From Puccinia triticina (taxonomy: Eukaryota), in NCBI GenBank assembly GCA_026914245.1, contig CP110440.1, positions 1,302,001 through 1,366,000 of the forward strand: DNA of 64,000 bases, given 5' to 3'. The translations under genes and the position numbers were made by a program. Under the pieces are notes generated by a model that made no database searches, had not been told where the DNA came from, and saw only the letters and a list, made by a program, of their open reading frames with translations. This document shows, in pieces, positions 12,377 to 25,930 of the stretch (position 1 is its first letter; every line of letters begins with the position of its first letter).

Positions 12377-15300
12377 ATGACCAATAACCAACCCGACTCA
12401 TCTCAATTCTCGACCTTGCTTCCAGCCGACCAGTACTATGGCACCTCTCACGAGCCTCGCAGAACAACCAGGACCTATAGCTGGTCTCATCGACACAACA
12501 ATAATGGCGCAGGCAACAATGCTCATGACATGAATCCCAACAACGTCGCCAATATCTTGGATAACTTCCATTTCAACTCCCAGGAGCTCGATTCAAGCAT
12601 TACCAAGCAAAACCTCAACCAAGAAGAAGACTCATCCTTTGTACAGCATCAGCGAAACCGTAGACTCAGTCATGGTAAGCAAGCAAGCGAGACAACAAAA
12701 TTCCTATTTCTCTCCACTGAGCTGACCTCCTAATAATATCCATTAACCAGACGAGAAGCCGATTCAAGCTAGAAAATTCTTACTCCCAGTCGAAGAGACC
12801 ATCAGGTTGGTTCTAGAACAAGAAGATACGAACGGAGACTTCCAAATCTCAATCACAGACTCCGGTCCAAAACTGTTATCTGTTGGAACTGTTTCATCCA
12901 ATGGTTACAAAAAATTCGATGTCTGTCTTTTGATTAATCAGGCTCTTGTAAACAAGAATAACTAAAGAACATTACACTTGATCATCACAGATTCGAGGGC
13001 AATATATGATCTCTAACCTCTTACAAGAGTGGGCTCTTACCAGACATTTGTTTCTATGTTTCATGATTATGTAGCTGATCACGTGATTCCGTTCGATGTG
13101 GGTTGCTATCAAAAAAAAAAAAAAAAAAACACAGACTGGCACTTGCATCGTCGTATGGTCGAAAACATATCGTATTGGATGAAGGAAGACTGACCGAAAA
13201 TCCCGTGGATAGACTGTCGCGAATGATCAAGACGACTTTTTGGCCCTCATTAACGCGAAGGATCGATGAAGCTGGACTACTAACGATCTTAAATGATCCC
13301 AAGGATCGATCATCAACCCAAGCGCGCCGGATCTATGTCCCCCACGGGGAAGAAGATATCTTCAACTACTACAAACAAATCGCCAATCAACATCCTCAGC
13401 TCGAATTGATCGTCGAAATGCTTCCTAATCGATCAGATATCACCCCCAGCTTCGTGCGCTCTCTCAACGACCGCCCCGGCATCCTGGCTCTCGCAATGAA
13501 AAATATCCAAGCCGGCTCAGGTCATCAGCAATTACAAGCTATCCCGTTCGTTGTGCCTGGGGCTCGGTTCAATGAGCTTTACAACGTACGTATCTCCGCT
13601 GAGATACAACTTTTGATTTCTGTGAGTGTGTGATGATATCTCACCAATCTTTCGGTTAACCATAAAAAATGTGTAATGGTTTAAGTGGGACTCGTGAGTT
13701 TGCCTTTGTAACCTCCATTATCTGTCAAGTACGAGACGAGTTTTTTTTTTAACTCAATGGCTTGCTTCTCGACGCGTCAATTTATCCAGTTATTTTATTT
13801 CAATAGGACTTTTAATCGATGACTATTTGGAATTGGCTCAAGGAATTGTTGAACACTTCGTATTCGAAATCAACCATTATGGAAAAATTTTAAAGTGAGG
13901 CCTTCATGGTCTAGTGAACCATTCTCTCCAGAAATTTACAGCTTGCTTTTCTTTTGACCAAATACAGTGGTAATCGGTCATACTATTTAAGTCGTTCCCA
14001 GCCACCCTTCTTAACCGATTTCGCTCTGCAAGTGTACTCTCGACTGCACCCGCTTGAGATTACCGAAAATAAGATTTGGTTGGCGAAAGTGATCAAAGCG
14101 GCAATTAAAGAGTACCATACGGTCTGGATGGCCAAGCCACGGCTCGAGCCTAGGACGGGGTTGAGTCGATATCGACCGGATGGGATCGGAGTGCCGCCTG
14201 AAACCGAATCTTCTCATTTCACACATGTCTTACAGCCTTATGCTCAAAAGCATTCGATGAGCGTGAATGAGTTTATTGATGCTTACAATCAAGAGAAGGT
14301 CCACGAACCCGAATTGGATGAATACTTCTTGCACGACCGAGCGGTCAGAGAATCTGGTCACGACACCACTTATCGCTTCGAAGGAGTCTGTGCGGACCTA
14401 GTGACGATCGACTTGAACAGCCTGCTATACAAGTACGAGATCGATATCGCTACTTGTATTCGGGACGTATTTGATGACCGGCTGGAGTTAGATGAAGAGT
14501 TCGAGTTCTCTAGCTTTCCATTTGGCGAAGAACTCCCTCATTCCCAACCTGATTTCACTGAGCCACCGCAACATCGTCACGTTAATCAGAAAGTTCAGAG
14601 CTCAAAAGAGTGGTTCGATCGCGCAAAGAGACGAAAACAGTTGATCGACCACTTCCTTTGGAATCCTGGAAAATCTCTCTTCTTTGATTTCAATGCCAAG
14701 GAGTTCAAGCAAACTACTTACGAGTCTGTGACCGCTTTGTGGACATTATGGGCCGGCCTTGCTAGCCAAGAACAAGCAGAAAAATTGGTGTAAGTCTGCG
14801 ATTCATTTTTTCTTGTCCCTTATTGAGACGACGAAAGTTGATGTAACTTTATTTTGGTCGTACCCAGGGCGCATTCTTTGACGAAGTTTGAAGTGCCTGG
14901 TGGGCTTGTGGCATGCACTGAAGCATCTCGGGGCGAGATAAGTTTGGTGCGACCCAATCGACAATGGGAGTGAGTTCTAGTTCACTAGATCAGTTTCGCC
15001 CCTGGCCACCTCACGCTGATATGATGTTGACTTGGGATGCGGGATTTATCTTCTAGTTATCCTGCTGCTTGGGCTCCCCATCAGATCTTGGCTTGGGTCG
15101 GATTAGAGCGGTACGGCTTCACCCAAGAGTCTCAACGGACCGCGTACCGCTGGTTATACATGTTAAGCCCCGATCTCTGTCTAGCTTCTAATCTACTTCT
15201 CTCCTCCTTCGCCTTACTTTCAACATTCACCCTGATTTTTCTTGGTTTGCGTTTGTGAATAGGATGACGAAAGCGTTTGTCGATTATAACGGAGTCGTGC

Positions 15301-15629
15301 CCGAGAAATATGACGCAATTGCTCTCAATCATTTGGTCCATGCAGAATACGGAAACCAAGGGGTAGATTTCAAGGTAATGTTTTTTTTTTTATCTAAGCG
15401 TACCACGTTCTCAATTCGGCTGATTCTGACTGCTTCTCTCATTTGACGATCTTTGTAGATGGTTCCTAGAGAAGGATTTGGATGGTGCAATACAAGCTAT
15501 CAATTAGGCTTGAAGTTCTTGAACGATTTCCAGCGTCGAGCTCTTGGCGTTCTCGTACACCCTGACGAACTCTTCCTGCTCTCTAAACCGCCTCCTCATA
15601 CTCAACCTGTCCGCCATCTCCAACATTGA
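12377..15629 (+). CDS. NTH1: Neutral trehalase (GH37) with Ca-binding N-terminal region, multi-exon
   Basis: [110 protein letters not shown]; stop TGA at 15627-15629. Confidence 0.95.
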
Positions 15630-16036
15630 CCCATCCAAAAAAAACTTTGGATCAGCTTCAGTCCGGAAATCGCTCGTTCCGCTCTTTGCAGTATACTCGT
15701 TAGAGAAAAATATGAAAACAAATTCCACCAAAAAAATGAGAAAAAAGAACCCACAAATTATGTATTCAATGTTGTATGTATGTATTCATTTATGGATGTA
15801 TGAAGTTGACATCGTCAAAGATCAGTATGAGAAATAAATGGTGTTTTCAAACTTTCTCTGCAGTGACCATTGTCATCTCCAAACATACTTGCAGGACTAC
15901 CACTACACACTTCTTATTCATGAGAAATGTCAGCTAATGTGGACAGACAAAAAGCATGCCAAAAATCATCACAGCCAAAGCAGGGGCAAAAATAGTCTAT
16001 TTCCATTGGGCATTTCCTAGCTCGAAGGGAAAAGGA

Positions 16037-16124
16037 GGGTCTGGCCGGGAATTGAACCCGGGACCTCACCCACGCAAGCTCAGGTGTGCCCTAAGGGTGA
16101 ATCATACTACTAGACCACCAAACC
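16037..16124 (-). tRNA. tRNA-Pro(AGG) with 16-nt intron
   Basis: Acceptor stem GGTTTGG/CCAGACC; D arm TGGTCTAGTAGTATGAT; anticodon arm CACCC-TTAGGG[intron]T-GGGTG; T arm CCGGGTTCAATTCCCGG; TTTT downstream. Confidence 0.9.
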
Positions 16125-17451
16125 CGCTTGCTTCACATTCCTCTATTTTAGGCAATATAGATTGCCTATCTTTATGAGTGGTAGAAACCTTGTTGTTTTA
16201 TTTCTGGTATTTCAGGGGACGCAGGAGTTGTTTATGATCGAGATGTTGCGACGGCATCAAGGAGCCCTCCAGGCCCATCCTCCTCTCAATCAACGGCCAC
16301 ATCTATGATAAAGTCTATACCTATACCACCAGGCAATATTTGATGACAAGTGGAATCAGGCTGAATCCATATAACTATCCCTTATCTATCCAGCTTGTAG
16401 TATTTGTTCAAGGAGAGGCCAGCTGGGTTATCTATGTACAATCGGCGCGCTATTGTTTTTGGCGCGGCGTAAAAGTGAGTGATACCTCTGGTAAACCGGG
16501 GATGTACTAGCTGTAACACTTGTGGAGATCGGAGTGCAACAGAGTCACCCATTTCTCAACCTGGAAGCAATGAAACAACCCATCCAGAGCACCTCGGTCT
16601 TTGCTGGTACAATCTATTTTGACCTCCGATGCTGGATGTTACCAGCTTTCGTTGGATACACCACGGGCGCATAATTTTCAAAGTTTGTCGTCAAACTGCC
16701 CAAGGCAATAATTTGACATCGACTCGCCGCAGCTACGGCAAAAAGCGGTCCCGGTGAGGCAAGACCGCCAATCACCATCTCCAGACAGGCTAAGGCTAGC
16801 CTTCCACACAGCAGACCTCCTAGCCCCGTCAGGCAGGATTTGCCATTGATGAGCCGGCAATCTCTCCACTTTACAACGGTGCTGCAAAACTGTGCTGGCC
16901 CACCGTCCAAAACAAAATGCTTTGTATTTGTCCCGGCAAGAATACCGCCCAGCCACGGTCATGGCATCACAGCACAGCCCCATCATGGGCATGGCTACCT
17001 GCCACGCATTTATGTACATAGATATGTAAATAAAAACAGTTGTACGGAAAACTGTAATGTAAATTTGATGGGGGTTGTGGATTAGCGTGTCAGCAATGAT
17101 CCTTGTTTGCATTATCACAGTGTTGTCAAGAGGCCAACCTGTTCAGCTCCGCGGTGGTGGGTGGTCAGTTGGCATAAATAGAGCTTGGTCCTTTGGCCAC
17201 ATGAGACACTTTCTCCTCTCAGCTCAATGTGGACATCATTTGGCCACGCACCAAGCTTGAAGTAATGGTGAAGAGGGCCATTCTTGCGCAAGAAAATGCT
17301 GCTCTGCCTCCCGGCGAGCTTCTGCTCTTAATCTATGCATTTGTACATATCTGGTTTCTAAATTTCTAACCCCCCCCTGTACTGAGCTCTTGTATTTCTC
17401 TTTGCTTTCTACACTTCCACCTTCACTTTTGGTTTTTTTGTTGTATTCTGT

Positions 17452-17913
17452 CAACGGTGGGCCAGCTACGCTAACCGTAGCGTTAGCGTGGCGTAGCGTA
17501 GCAGAATTCCGCTAAATTTTAGCGTAGCGTTAGCAGAATTGCGCCTTCTCTGCGCTAACGCTACGCGCAAAGGGTGCGCAACTAATTTAGCTGTTAGCGT
17601 AGCGTTAGCGCAGATGCGCGCTATTGCGCTAACGCTACACACGCAGGGCGCAAAAGAGCGCGCGCTACGGTGCGCCACAGTGCTTTTAGCTGAAAAAAAG
17701 GCCTTTTTTTCCGCTAAAACCGCTGTAGCGCAGCGTAGCGTAGCGTAGCGTAGCGTAGTGACTGTAGCGGCGCGCTAACACTAACAAACAATTGGCGCGC
17801 TGTTAGCGGCGCTAACAGCGCGCTAACGCTACTCAAAATGGGCGGGCGCTTTTTGCCGCTACGCTAACGCTAAGTGGCCCTGTAGCGTAGTGTAGCGTAG
17901 CGGCCCACCCTTG
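17452..17913. mobile_element. MITE-like element rich in TAGCG/CGCTA pentamers
   Basis: Imperfect TIRs CAACGGTGGGCCAGCTACGCTA / TAGCGTAGCGGCCCACCCTTG; dense TAGCG repeats on both strands; TSD not clear. Confidence 0.65.
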
Positions 17914-19050
17914 AAATTTCTGTTTTTCCGGGCAGATTGTTTCCTGCCTCAGATGTGTGCGCAAAAAAAATGACTCTCTAACAGTCCTCACTGTTATTGG
18001 TGGCATTGTGCGTTGCACATTGCGCCCCGCTACCGCAAGCGAGCGGGCAATACCTGCCAGTTTCATCTTGCTGCGGACGGTTGCACGCGGTAGTGGTGAT
18101 GGGTGCCGTACATGTGGCATGCAATGTTTTTAGTGGCTTATGAGCCACTGTGTATCAGCCGTCTGTTCTGGCCACCCCGTTTGGTGGACGTGCTGCAAGC
18201 AGCCGACTAACGTCGGCTGCTTCCGTCTGGTGACGTGGGGTTTGGACGGCGGATTGGGCGAGGGAATAGGAGACGGCTTCATGAAGCCGTCGTGGGGCCT
18301 GGCACGGGGCCTGTGACTGGACCGTATGTTGTTGCGGGGGAGGTCCTGTTGTGAGACGTAAGGATCAGCCCGTCCAAACAAGTATTTATGCAAAGAAATT
18401 ACTGTCACTTCCCATCCTGTTTATCCCATTTTCATCAGAAATCATCAAAAGAGTTAAATTTTTATCAGTTATTTTATTAGTTCTTATCCTTTTGTTTATT
18501 TTTTGTGTAATGAAATCATGCTCATAATCCTTCTTATCAGCCTCTTGAGCCCCTAGAGGCCAATAACTGGAACCACAAAAGTTTTCATGGGTGCTCAAAG
18601 CAGCAGAATGGAGTGCAAACAAAATTGGTGCAACCAATTTACAACATTGACCAGGAGAAATCTCTCTGGGTCAACAGAGGACCAATCCAGACCAGTCTGG
18701 GGCAAGCTCTCCGGATTGAAGAGCCACAAGATAATTGTCTTTCTTGGGAAGATGTTTTTCCAATAACAACCAACACCATGAAAAAGCTGAGGGGACTAGC
18801 TGGCAGGAGACATGAACCTAACTCCGGCCTTTACTCCAATCATACCCTTAGTGAAAAGTGGCGGAACTTCCTGATGATGGCAAAGGGGCCATTGTTATCC
18901 AAGGGGAGTAATTTTGAATTTACCACTGCACTTTAAACATATGTTACTGAATGTCACCTGAGCCCTATTCACATGAGTTTTTTCATGGTGCAACCAAATT
19001 ACATTGTAGTCATTCAGAAAAAGATTCTTGGCGGCTTCAGTCCTTGGTCT

Positions 19051-19275
19051 GGATTGGCTGGCTGGGGTCATGTGCCATGTGGCTAGACTGGGGCCAGATT
19101 AAATGGTGGTCCAGTCTGCTTTTGCAGTGTGCCATGAGCCCATTTTGACACTGGATGATGGGTGTTTCTCACAGTCAACACTAGAGTATTTTTATTATTT
19201 TCACATGCTATGTTAGGTTGGCTTAGAGTCAGTGGCTTGGGGAAATTTGTGCATTTTTTATGAATGTTGTTGTAG
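19051..19275 (+). repeat. Local segmental duplicate = empty-site copy of the copia insertion target
   Basis: Similar to 19916-20057 joined to 25224-25320 (GGATTGGCTGGCTGGGGTCATGTGCCATGTGGCTAG ... CAGTCAACACTAGAGTATTTTT...GCTATGTTAGGTTGG). Confidence 0.8.
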
Positions 19276-20057
19276 GCACCACCTCAAAAAGGATGGCAAT
19301 GAGTGTACATTGCCATGCTCTAACATTAATCTAACAAAACTCTTACATGTGTCTTACTTCCCTCAAAGACACCTCTTACTTTCCTCAAATAACTCTCTTA
19401 CTTTCCTCCAACACCTGGCACCACCCCACAAACAAAGGCAATGTGTGTTTATTGCCATGCTATAAAGCTTCTCTTACTTGGATCATTCCAGTGTAGAGCC
19501 AGGGTGCTCGGTAGAGATTTTGGAAAATCATCAAAAATCACTTCCAGGATTTATGTGCAATATGAGTATGGAGGGATGGGCTCAGTTAAACAAGTAACAA
19601 CAATTTTAAATCTCAGTTACATGATTGTATCACAAGGTTATACTTGGTGTTAAGACCAGGTAAGAATTATGTAATAGCAATGTATTGATCATGGAAATCT
19701 GTGCACATTGCCATCCTTTTTGGGGTGGTGAGGGTGAACAGGAAAAGATTGTGTGTATATAAATTAATAACCAGTCTATGATGTTCCAAAAAAGGTTTGT
19801 AAATTAGAGCCTCAATATCATTGGCTTTCTTGGGTAGATATTTGCCCAATAACAGCCAACCTATTCCATAGTAATCATTCAGAAAAAACTGCTTGGTGGC
19901 TGCAGTTCTTTGCCTGGATTGGCTGGCTGGGGTCATGTGCCATGTGGCTAGTAGAATTGGGGAAGGATTAAATGGTGGTCCAGACTGCTTTTGCAGTTTT
20001 CCATGAGACCATTTTGGCACTGGAGGATGAGTATTCCTCACAGTCAACACTAGAGTA

Positions 20058-23000
20058 TGTTGCAGTGATAAATCTGGAACAGCAGAAAGCAGAGATGATG
20101 TTCGTGGAAGGATTTATCATTGCATCAGAGAAAAGAAGAAAAGAAACAAAGAAGAAAGAAACAATGAGAAAACTCACCTGGAACAGCAGAAAGCAGAGAT
20201 GATGTTCGTGGAAGGATGAGGAAAGAGCCTTCCACGTCTGCTGCTCCAGGTGACTACAACATGGAGATGTCACGGACTGTGATATGTACATGATAGGTTT
20301 GAAGCAGAGAGAAACATGAGGACAAAGACAGAAAACATCATACAACCTCAACACCCCCCCTTGCTGAGAACCACTAAAGAGAGAAGAAACAAAAGGAAAA
20401 GAAGGAGGAAAAAGAAAAGAATTAAACAACTCCGAAGCGTGTGCGATGATTTTCGAGTAGAGTGCGGCCAAGCGGTTTGGTGAGCATGTCGGCAAGCATG
20501 TTGGACGTCGAGACGTGCAGTACCAAGATTTTTCCTTGTTTGACACACTCACGAGAGAAATGGTAGCGCGCGTCAATGTGCTTGGTGCGCGCGTGGTGTT
20601 CCGGGTTTTTGGCCAGAGCTTCTGCCCCAGCATTGTCGACGTGTAAGGGAATGGCGGTTTTTGGCCGGAGTCGGAGTTCAGTCAGAATGTAGCGGAGCCA
20701 GAGGGCCTCCTTGCAAGAATCCGAGAGCGCTTTGTACTCAGCTTCCGTGCTCGAGAGAGAAACGGTGGCTTGTTTGCGGGACTTCCACGATATTGCTCCG
20801 TCCCCAAGACGGTAAGTGTACGCCGAGGTGGAGCGCCTATCATGGCGATCTTCTGCCCAGTCGGAATCCGAGTAACCAGAGAACGTCAAAGAGCCGCCCA
20901 GACGCAGTCGAAGATGCTTCGTGGAGACGAGATAGTGCAAGATCCGGAGAGCAGCTCGCCAGTGCGCTTTGGACGGGTCGCGAAGAAATTGAGACAGACG
21001 GTTGACGGCAAACGCGATATCCGGTCGGTTACATTGAGATGCCCAAAGGAGAGCACCGATGAGTTGCGGATAAGGACCAGATGACTGCGGTTCTTCTGGT
21101 TTTCTAGGGACAAGGTCTTTGAAGGCTGAGTCGGTGGGTGTCTTGACGGAGAGAGGAGAATCGGGAAGGAAGCGCTTCTGCATGTCGGTGATGTAGTGAG
21201 CTTGGGAGAGATAGATTAAGCCGTCGTCAAAGTTCCGATCAATCTTCATTGACAGGAAGTGATGGAGGTCTTCATCTGCGCCAATCTTGAACCGATTTCC
21301 AAGGTTTACAATCAGCGGATCTACAAATGAGGGTTCGCCCACAATCGCCAGGTCGTCGACGTGAACGGTCACAGCTCCAACAAGGGCATTATTTTTGATG
21401 GAGAAATATAGTGTTGGATCGTACTTTGATTGAGTCAATCCAGCCTGCAGGAGGCCGTTATGAAGTTCGATGTTCCATTCACGAGGGGACTGTTTCAGAC
21501 CGTAAATTGACCGGTGGACCTCACAGACCCAATCAGGGTGAATGGGGTCCTCGAAACCTGGGGGTTGCTCCATGTACACCGGTTCTTCCAGGCGGCCGTT
21601 GAGGAAGGCAGTTTTGAAGTCAACTTGTCTCCCTTTCCACTTTTTGGCGGCCAGCAGACTGAGGATGAGCCTCAAAGTCTCAAGACGGAGGGTGGGGGCG
21701 AAAACTTCATCGTAATCAACACCATGGACCTGAGTGTACCCCATGGCAACAAGCCTAGCCTTCAGTTTTTGGATAGTCTTGTCGGGCCGTCGCTTAACCT
21801 TGAAAACCCATTTGGATTTGATGATCGTTCTCTTCAGAGGTCGGGGAACCAGGCGCCATGTGTCCATACCCAGAAGGGAAAGAAATTCTTCGTTTGCTGA
21901 TTTGAGCCAACGAGCTTTGTGCGGCGAACGAAGGAGCTGTTTCCAGGTTTTCGGTGTGTCCACATCGTCAGGATCAATTGCGGCCGACTTTGACCATGTG
22001 CCGTAGCGATCGGGAGCGCGCCGTTGGCGACCGGAGCGACGAGCTGGAGGTGAATCGGCCCTTGGCGGCGGAGGAAGCGGGACAGGAGGTGAGGAAGGAG
22101 GAAGAGGGAGAGTGGGAGGCGGAAGGGGAGGGGATAGGGGGGGGAGCGGGGGTGAGGGTGGATTTTGCGGAGAGGCTGGGGATGGAGGGGGAGGAGGAAC
22201 TAAGGGAGAGGAAGTTTGGGAGTCGGGGACAGAAGCTTCTTTAGGAGCATGGATGGAGGCGGTTAGACGACGGTCAAACCGCGGTTTAAGAGGAATATTC
22301 AGGGGTGGGGAGTCCAGAATTGAGGGGAATGGATCGGGTACGGGCGGGACAGACTGTGGAGCTTCAGGCGGCGGTGGGAAGAAATGTGCGGGCCATGGTA
22401 GTTCAATTTCAACTGGTGAGGGCTGACGTTTCAGCTCGGAACCATAGGGAAATGAACCGTCGTCGAAGAGGACATCTCTGGATTTGATGACTGACTTGTT
22501 TTCAAGATCCCACAGGCGATACCCATTCCCATCCCCAAGGTAGGAAAGGAGAAGAGACGGTCGGCCTTTCGCATCTAATTTTTGTCGATTGGCCTCCGGC
22601 ACCTTGTACCACACAAGGCACCCAAATGGATGGAGAGTCGAGAGATTTACGAGTGGAAGGCGGAGAATTTCGTTTGGCGCCTTGAAGCCTGCGGGAGTGT
22701 AGCATGGGAAAGAGTTCAGCGTAAAGGAGATGTGCCTCATCGCATCTGCCCAGAAAGATTTTGGAAGTCCTGCGCTCTGAAGCGAACATCGGATTAGATT
22801 TCCAAGCGTTCGATTTGTTCGTTCGGCGACTCCGTTGAGCTCGGGAGAATGAGGGGGCCCCGGCTCATGGGCTATTCCAGCAAGATCAAGATAGGATTTG
22901 AACTCATTTGAAATATACTCCCCGCCATTGTCGGAGCGCAATGCCAAGATCTTGTGGGAGCCATCCTTCTCAAAGTGTGCACGGTAAATTTTAAAGCAGG

Positions 23001-25218
23001 AAAAAACGTTTGTTTTTGATTTCATGGGGAAGAGGGAAACAGATTTGGAATAGTCATCGACGAAGGTAACAAAAAACTTGTACCCCTCCCGGGATTTAAC
23101 TTCGAAAGATCCAACGTCCGAGTGGATGAGTTTGCCAGGGGAGTCGGACCGATAGTTGGACCGAGATTTGAAAGCAGATCGGTGCATCTTTGACTGTACA
23201 CAGACCGTACAGCGCTGAACGTCCAGCTCGTTCATTACAGTGGGTTTGACGTTTAACGTTTTCAGGAGTCGCTTGAGGGGCCGTAGGCCTATGTGCGATA
23301 GACGACGATGATAGCCCAGGAGAGAGCTGTCAACGGAAGAAGGTCCCAGGGTCTTTGTGGAGAGGGACTTTACCTCAGTCAATGGAAGATAGTACAGGCC
23401 ACCTTTCCTGTAACCATATCCGACAGTGTCACCATTGACAGTGAGGGAGGCGGAGTCCAATATTTTGCACCCGTCTTTCTGAAAGACGCAGGTCAAACCG
23501 GCGTCGCACATCGCCGCAATGGACAAGAGCGGCTCGTGTAGGTTGGGGACGACGAGGGTGGGAACGGACACTGGAGAGCTGAGAGGAAGCGAGACGGTAC
23601 CACGGTGGGAGGCTTTCACAATAGAGTGATCGGCGAGCCTGACGGGGGTGCGATTGAGTTTGATGTTGGAGACACCCTTCGAGTATGGGGTCATGCAGTT
23701 AGAGCACCCCGAGTCGAGATTGGCATTGCGGGGCGAAGCTGAGACGGCATTCGCTATGTGCTCGGTTACCACGACGGCATTTCCAGCCTTGGCATGATGA
23801 GTGTCCGGGGCATCATCGTTCGAGCCTGAGTAGTCCGAATCGTCCTGATCATCTCCTGTTCCCAGATCCACAACGGTCGTATGACCGGCTTTGGCTTGCG
23901 GTTTAGATCGGTACCGGTTTCCGGCTGGCTTGTTGGATCGATTTTGATTGTCCTGACGACGAGAGGAGTTTGAGTTCCGATGGTCGTGATCAGCCAGGAT
24001 CCTGGCGGCATTCTCGCAAACCTCTAGGTTGTGGCCCGACCTCTTGCAGAAAGAGCAGTAGAGGGAATGATCGAGCGGTGGTCAAGAATTTCTGGGTTGG
24101 TGAGAGAGAGAAGTGCGTGCAACCGATTCAACCATTGATTGCTCCTCGTTCCTGGTCTTTCTACGAAGGTGTTCGGCCTTTAGGGCATCCAGAATCTTGA
24201 CAGGCGGAACTCTGGGGTCGTTCATCATCGCAGAGACGCATGCCAGCCAGTCAGATGGAAGAGAAGTGAGAATTGATGACGAATAGATGTCGTCCAGAGT
24301 GAGCGGAGCATCGGCGGTAATGAGAGCTGAGAGGCTTTCAAACGTCTTAGCCATTTCGTCCAAGTGGGCGGTCAGATCATCGCCTGTCATTCGGGCAGTC
24401 GTGAGTTTGCGAAGGAAGTAGGTAATGCCCCCAGCAGATGAATCTTGGTGGGCTTCCTTTAGAGCTGTCCAGAGCGCTCGAGCGTCCGTCGTGATGTGAC
24501 GAACTTTTCGGACATGTGCTGCGTGGATTGTGCTGGAGATGGCTCCGAAAGCTGCTTTGTTATTGCGAGCCCAATTTGGATTTGCTCTGGCCTTCGAGAT
24601 GTCGTCATCGATAACGTACATGACATCGGTTGTGTTGAGATGAGCCCGCATAAACCAGGTCCACTCGTTGTAGTTGGATCCTGGTCCGGGGGGCTTGAGT
24701 CGCTCAATGGTGGTGGTCTTGAGAGCTGGATGAGTCCAGGTCTCCGGGTCGGGTTTAGAAGACATAGTCGAGATGGGTTGATTTGCGGACGAGTTCGTCG
24801 GTGGTTTGGGTTCGGTTTTTGGTGGTGATGGTGTCATGAACCGGAAGCTTTATCGAGAAGCGTACGGATCCTCCACGCTGATAGAGATGCTGCGGCTTTA
24901 GCGGCAAATGGCGCTCATAACCTGTTGCAGTGATAAATCTGGAACAGCAGAAAGCAGAGATGATGTTCGTGGAAGGATTTATCATTGCATCAGAGAAAAG
25001 AAGAAAAGAAACAAAGAAGAAAGAAACAATGAGAAAACTCACCTGGAACAGCAGAAAGCAGAGATGATGTTCGTGGAAGGATGAGGAAAGAGCCTTCCAC
25101 GTCTGCTGCTCCAGGTGACTACAACATGGAGATGTCACGGACTGTGATATGTACATGATAGGTTTGAAGCAGAGAGAAACATGAGGACAAAGACAGAAAA
25201 CATCATACAACCTCAACA
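20058..25218 (-). mobile_element. Full-length Ty1/copia LTR retrotransposon
   Basis: Two 296-bp LTRs (20058-20353, 24923-25218; TG...CA) that look identical by eye; 5-bp TSD GAGTA; PBS GGTTATGAGC (complementary to the anticodon arm of tRNA-iMet); PPT AAGGGGGGG. Confidence 0.97.
20422..24837 (-). CDS. Copia gag-pol polyprotein (gag, CCHC, PR, IN, RT, RNase H) with one in-frame TGA at 24082-24084
   Basis: CSFCKRSGHNLEVC zinc knuckle; LDSGCS protease; HRRLSH..CTVC and LRSDNGGEY integrase; KARLVA, YGLKQ, VHVDD RT; YSDSDW..ADMLTK RNase H. The gag ORF and the downstream ORF share a frame. Confidence 0.93.
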
Positions 25219-25464
25219 GAGTATTTTTATTATTTTCACAAGCTATGTTAGGTTGGAAAATTGGCTTAGGGTCAGTGGCTTGGGGAATTTTGTGCAGTTT
25301 TTGTGAATTTTGTTGTGGGGGGGACAGGAAAAGATTTTGTGTACATAATAACCAGCCTATCATGTTCCAAAAAAAGTTTGTAAATTGAAGGGAAAGGGAC
25401 TAGAGAGTCACAAAAAAATTCAGAATCTATATATGTCCTATCACTGTCAGAATTGATTTCCAAG

Positions 25465-25550
25465 CACTAGAAGTGGTTACCTTAGCAACAGCAGTGGTTT
25501 ACTTAGCACTAGCAGTGGCCAACTTAGCACTAGCAGTGCTTAACTTAACA
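25465..25550 (+). repeat. ~21-bp minisatellite (CTTAGCACTAGCAGTGGTTAA-like), ~4 degenerate copies
   Basis: Directly visible tandem units. Confidence 0.6.
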
Positions 25551-25930
25551 GCCATACTGAGCAAATTTTGTACACAATTGGAAGTTGATTCTTTGTGCAA
25601 CTTCCTCTTAGAGGAAAAAAGTGTGAACATATACCAGTGAAAAATACAATGAGAGTTGAAGTCTTGCTATGCCAATTGGGGGCCATTTAGTGTGAGCTCC
25701 TCCTGAGCCTCCCACCCAAACTGAACAAATGCCTGCTGAGTCTGCAATCCCACCAGATTTCAATTTACACATGCTAATTTTTGATTGTTGGTAAGCAGGA
25801 ATATGTGTCTCTAAGCCTGGGATTCATTGCTTTCATGTGCGCTTGATGTGATTTTGGTTGGTGTGTTGATTTAGGACTCAGAGCTGCACCTGGCTGAATA
25901 CCACCAAGAAGTCCTCCACTCTTAGGTATG

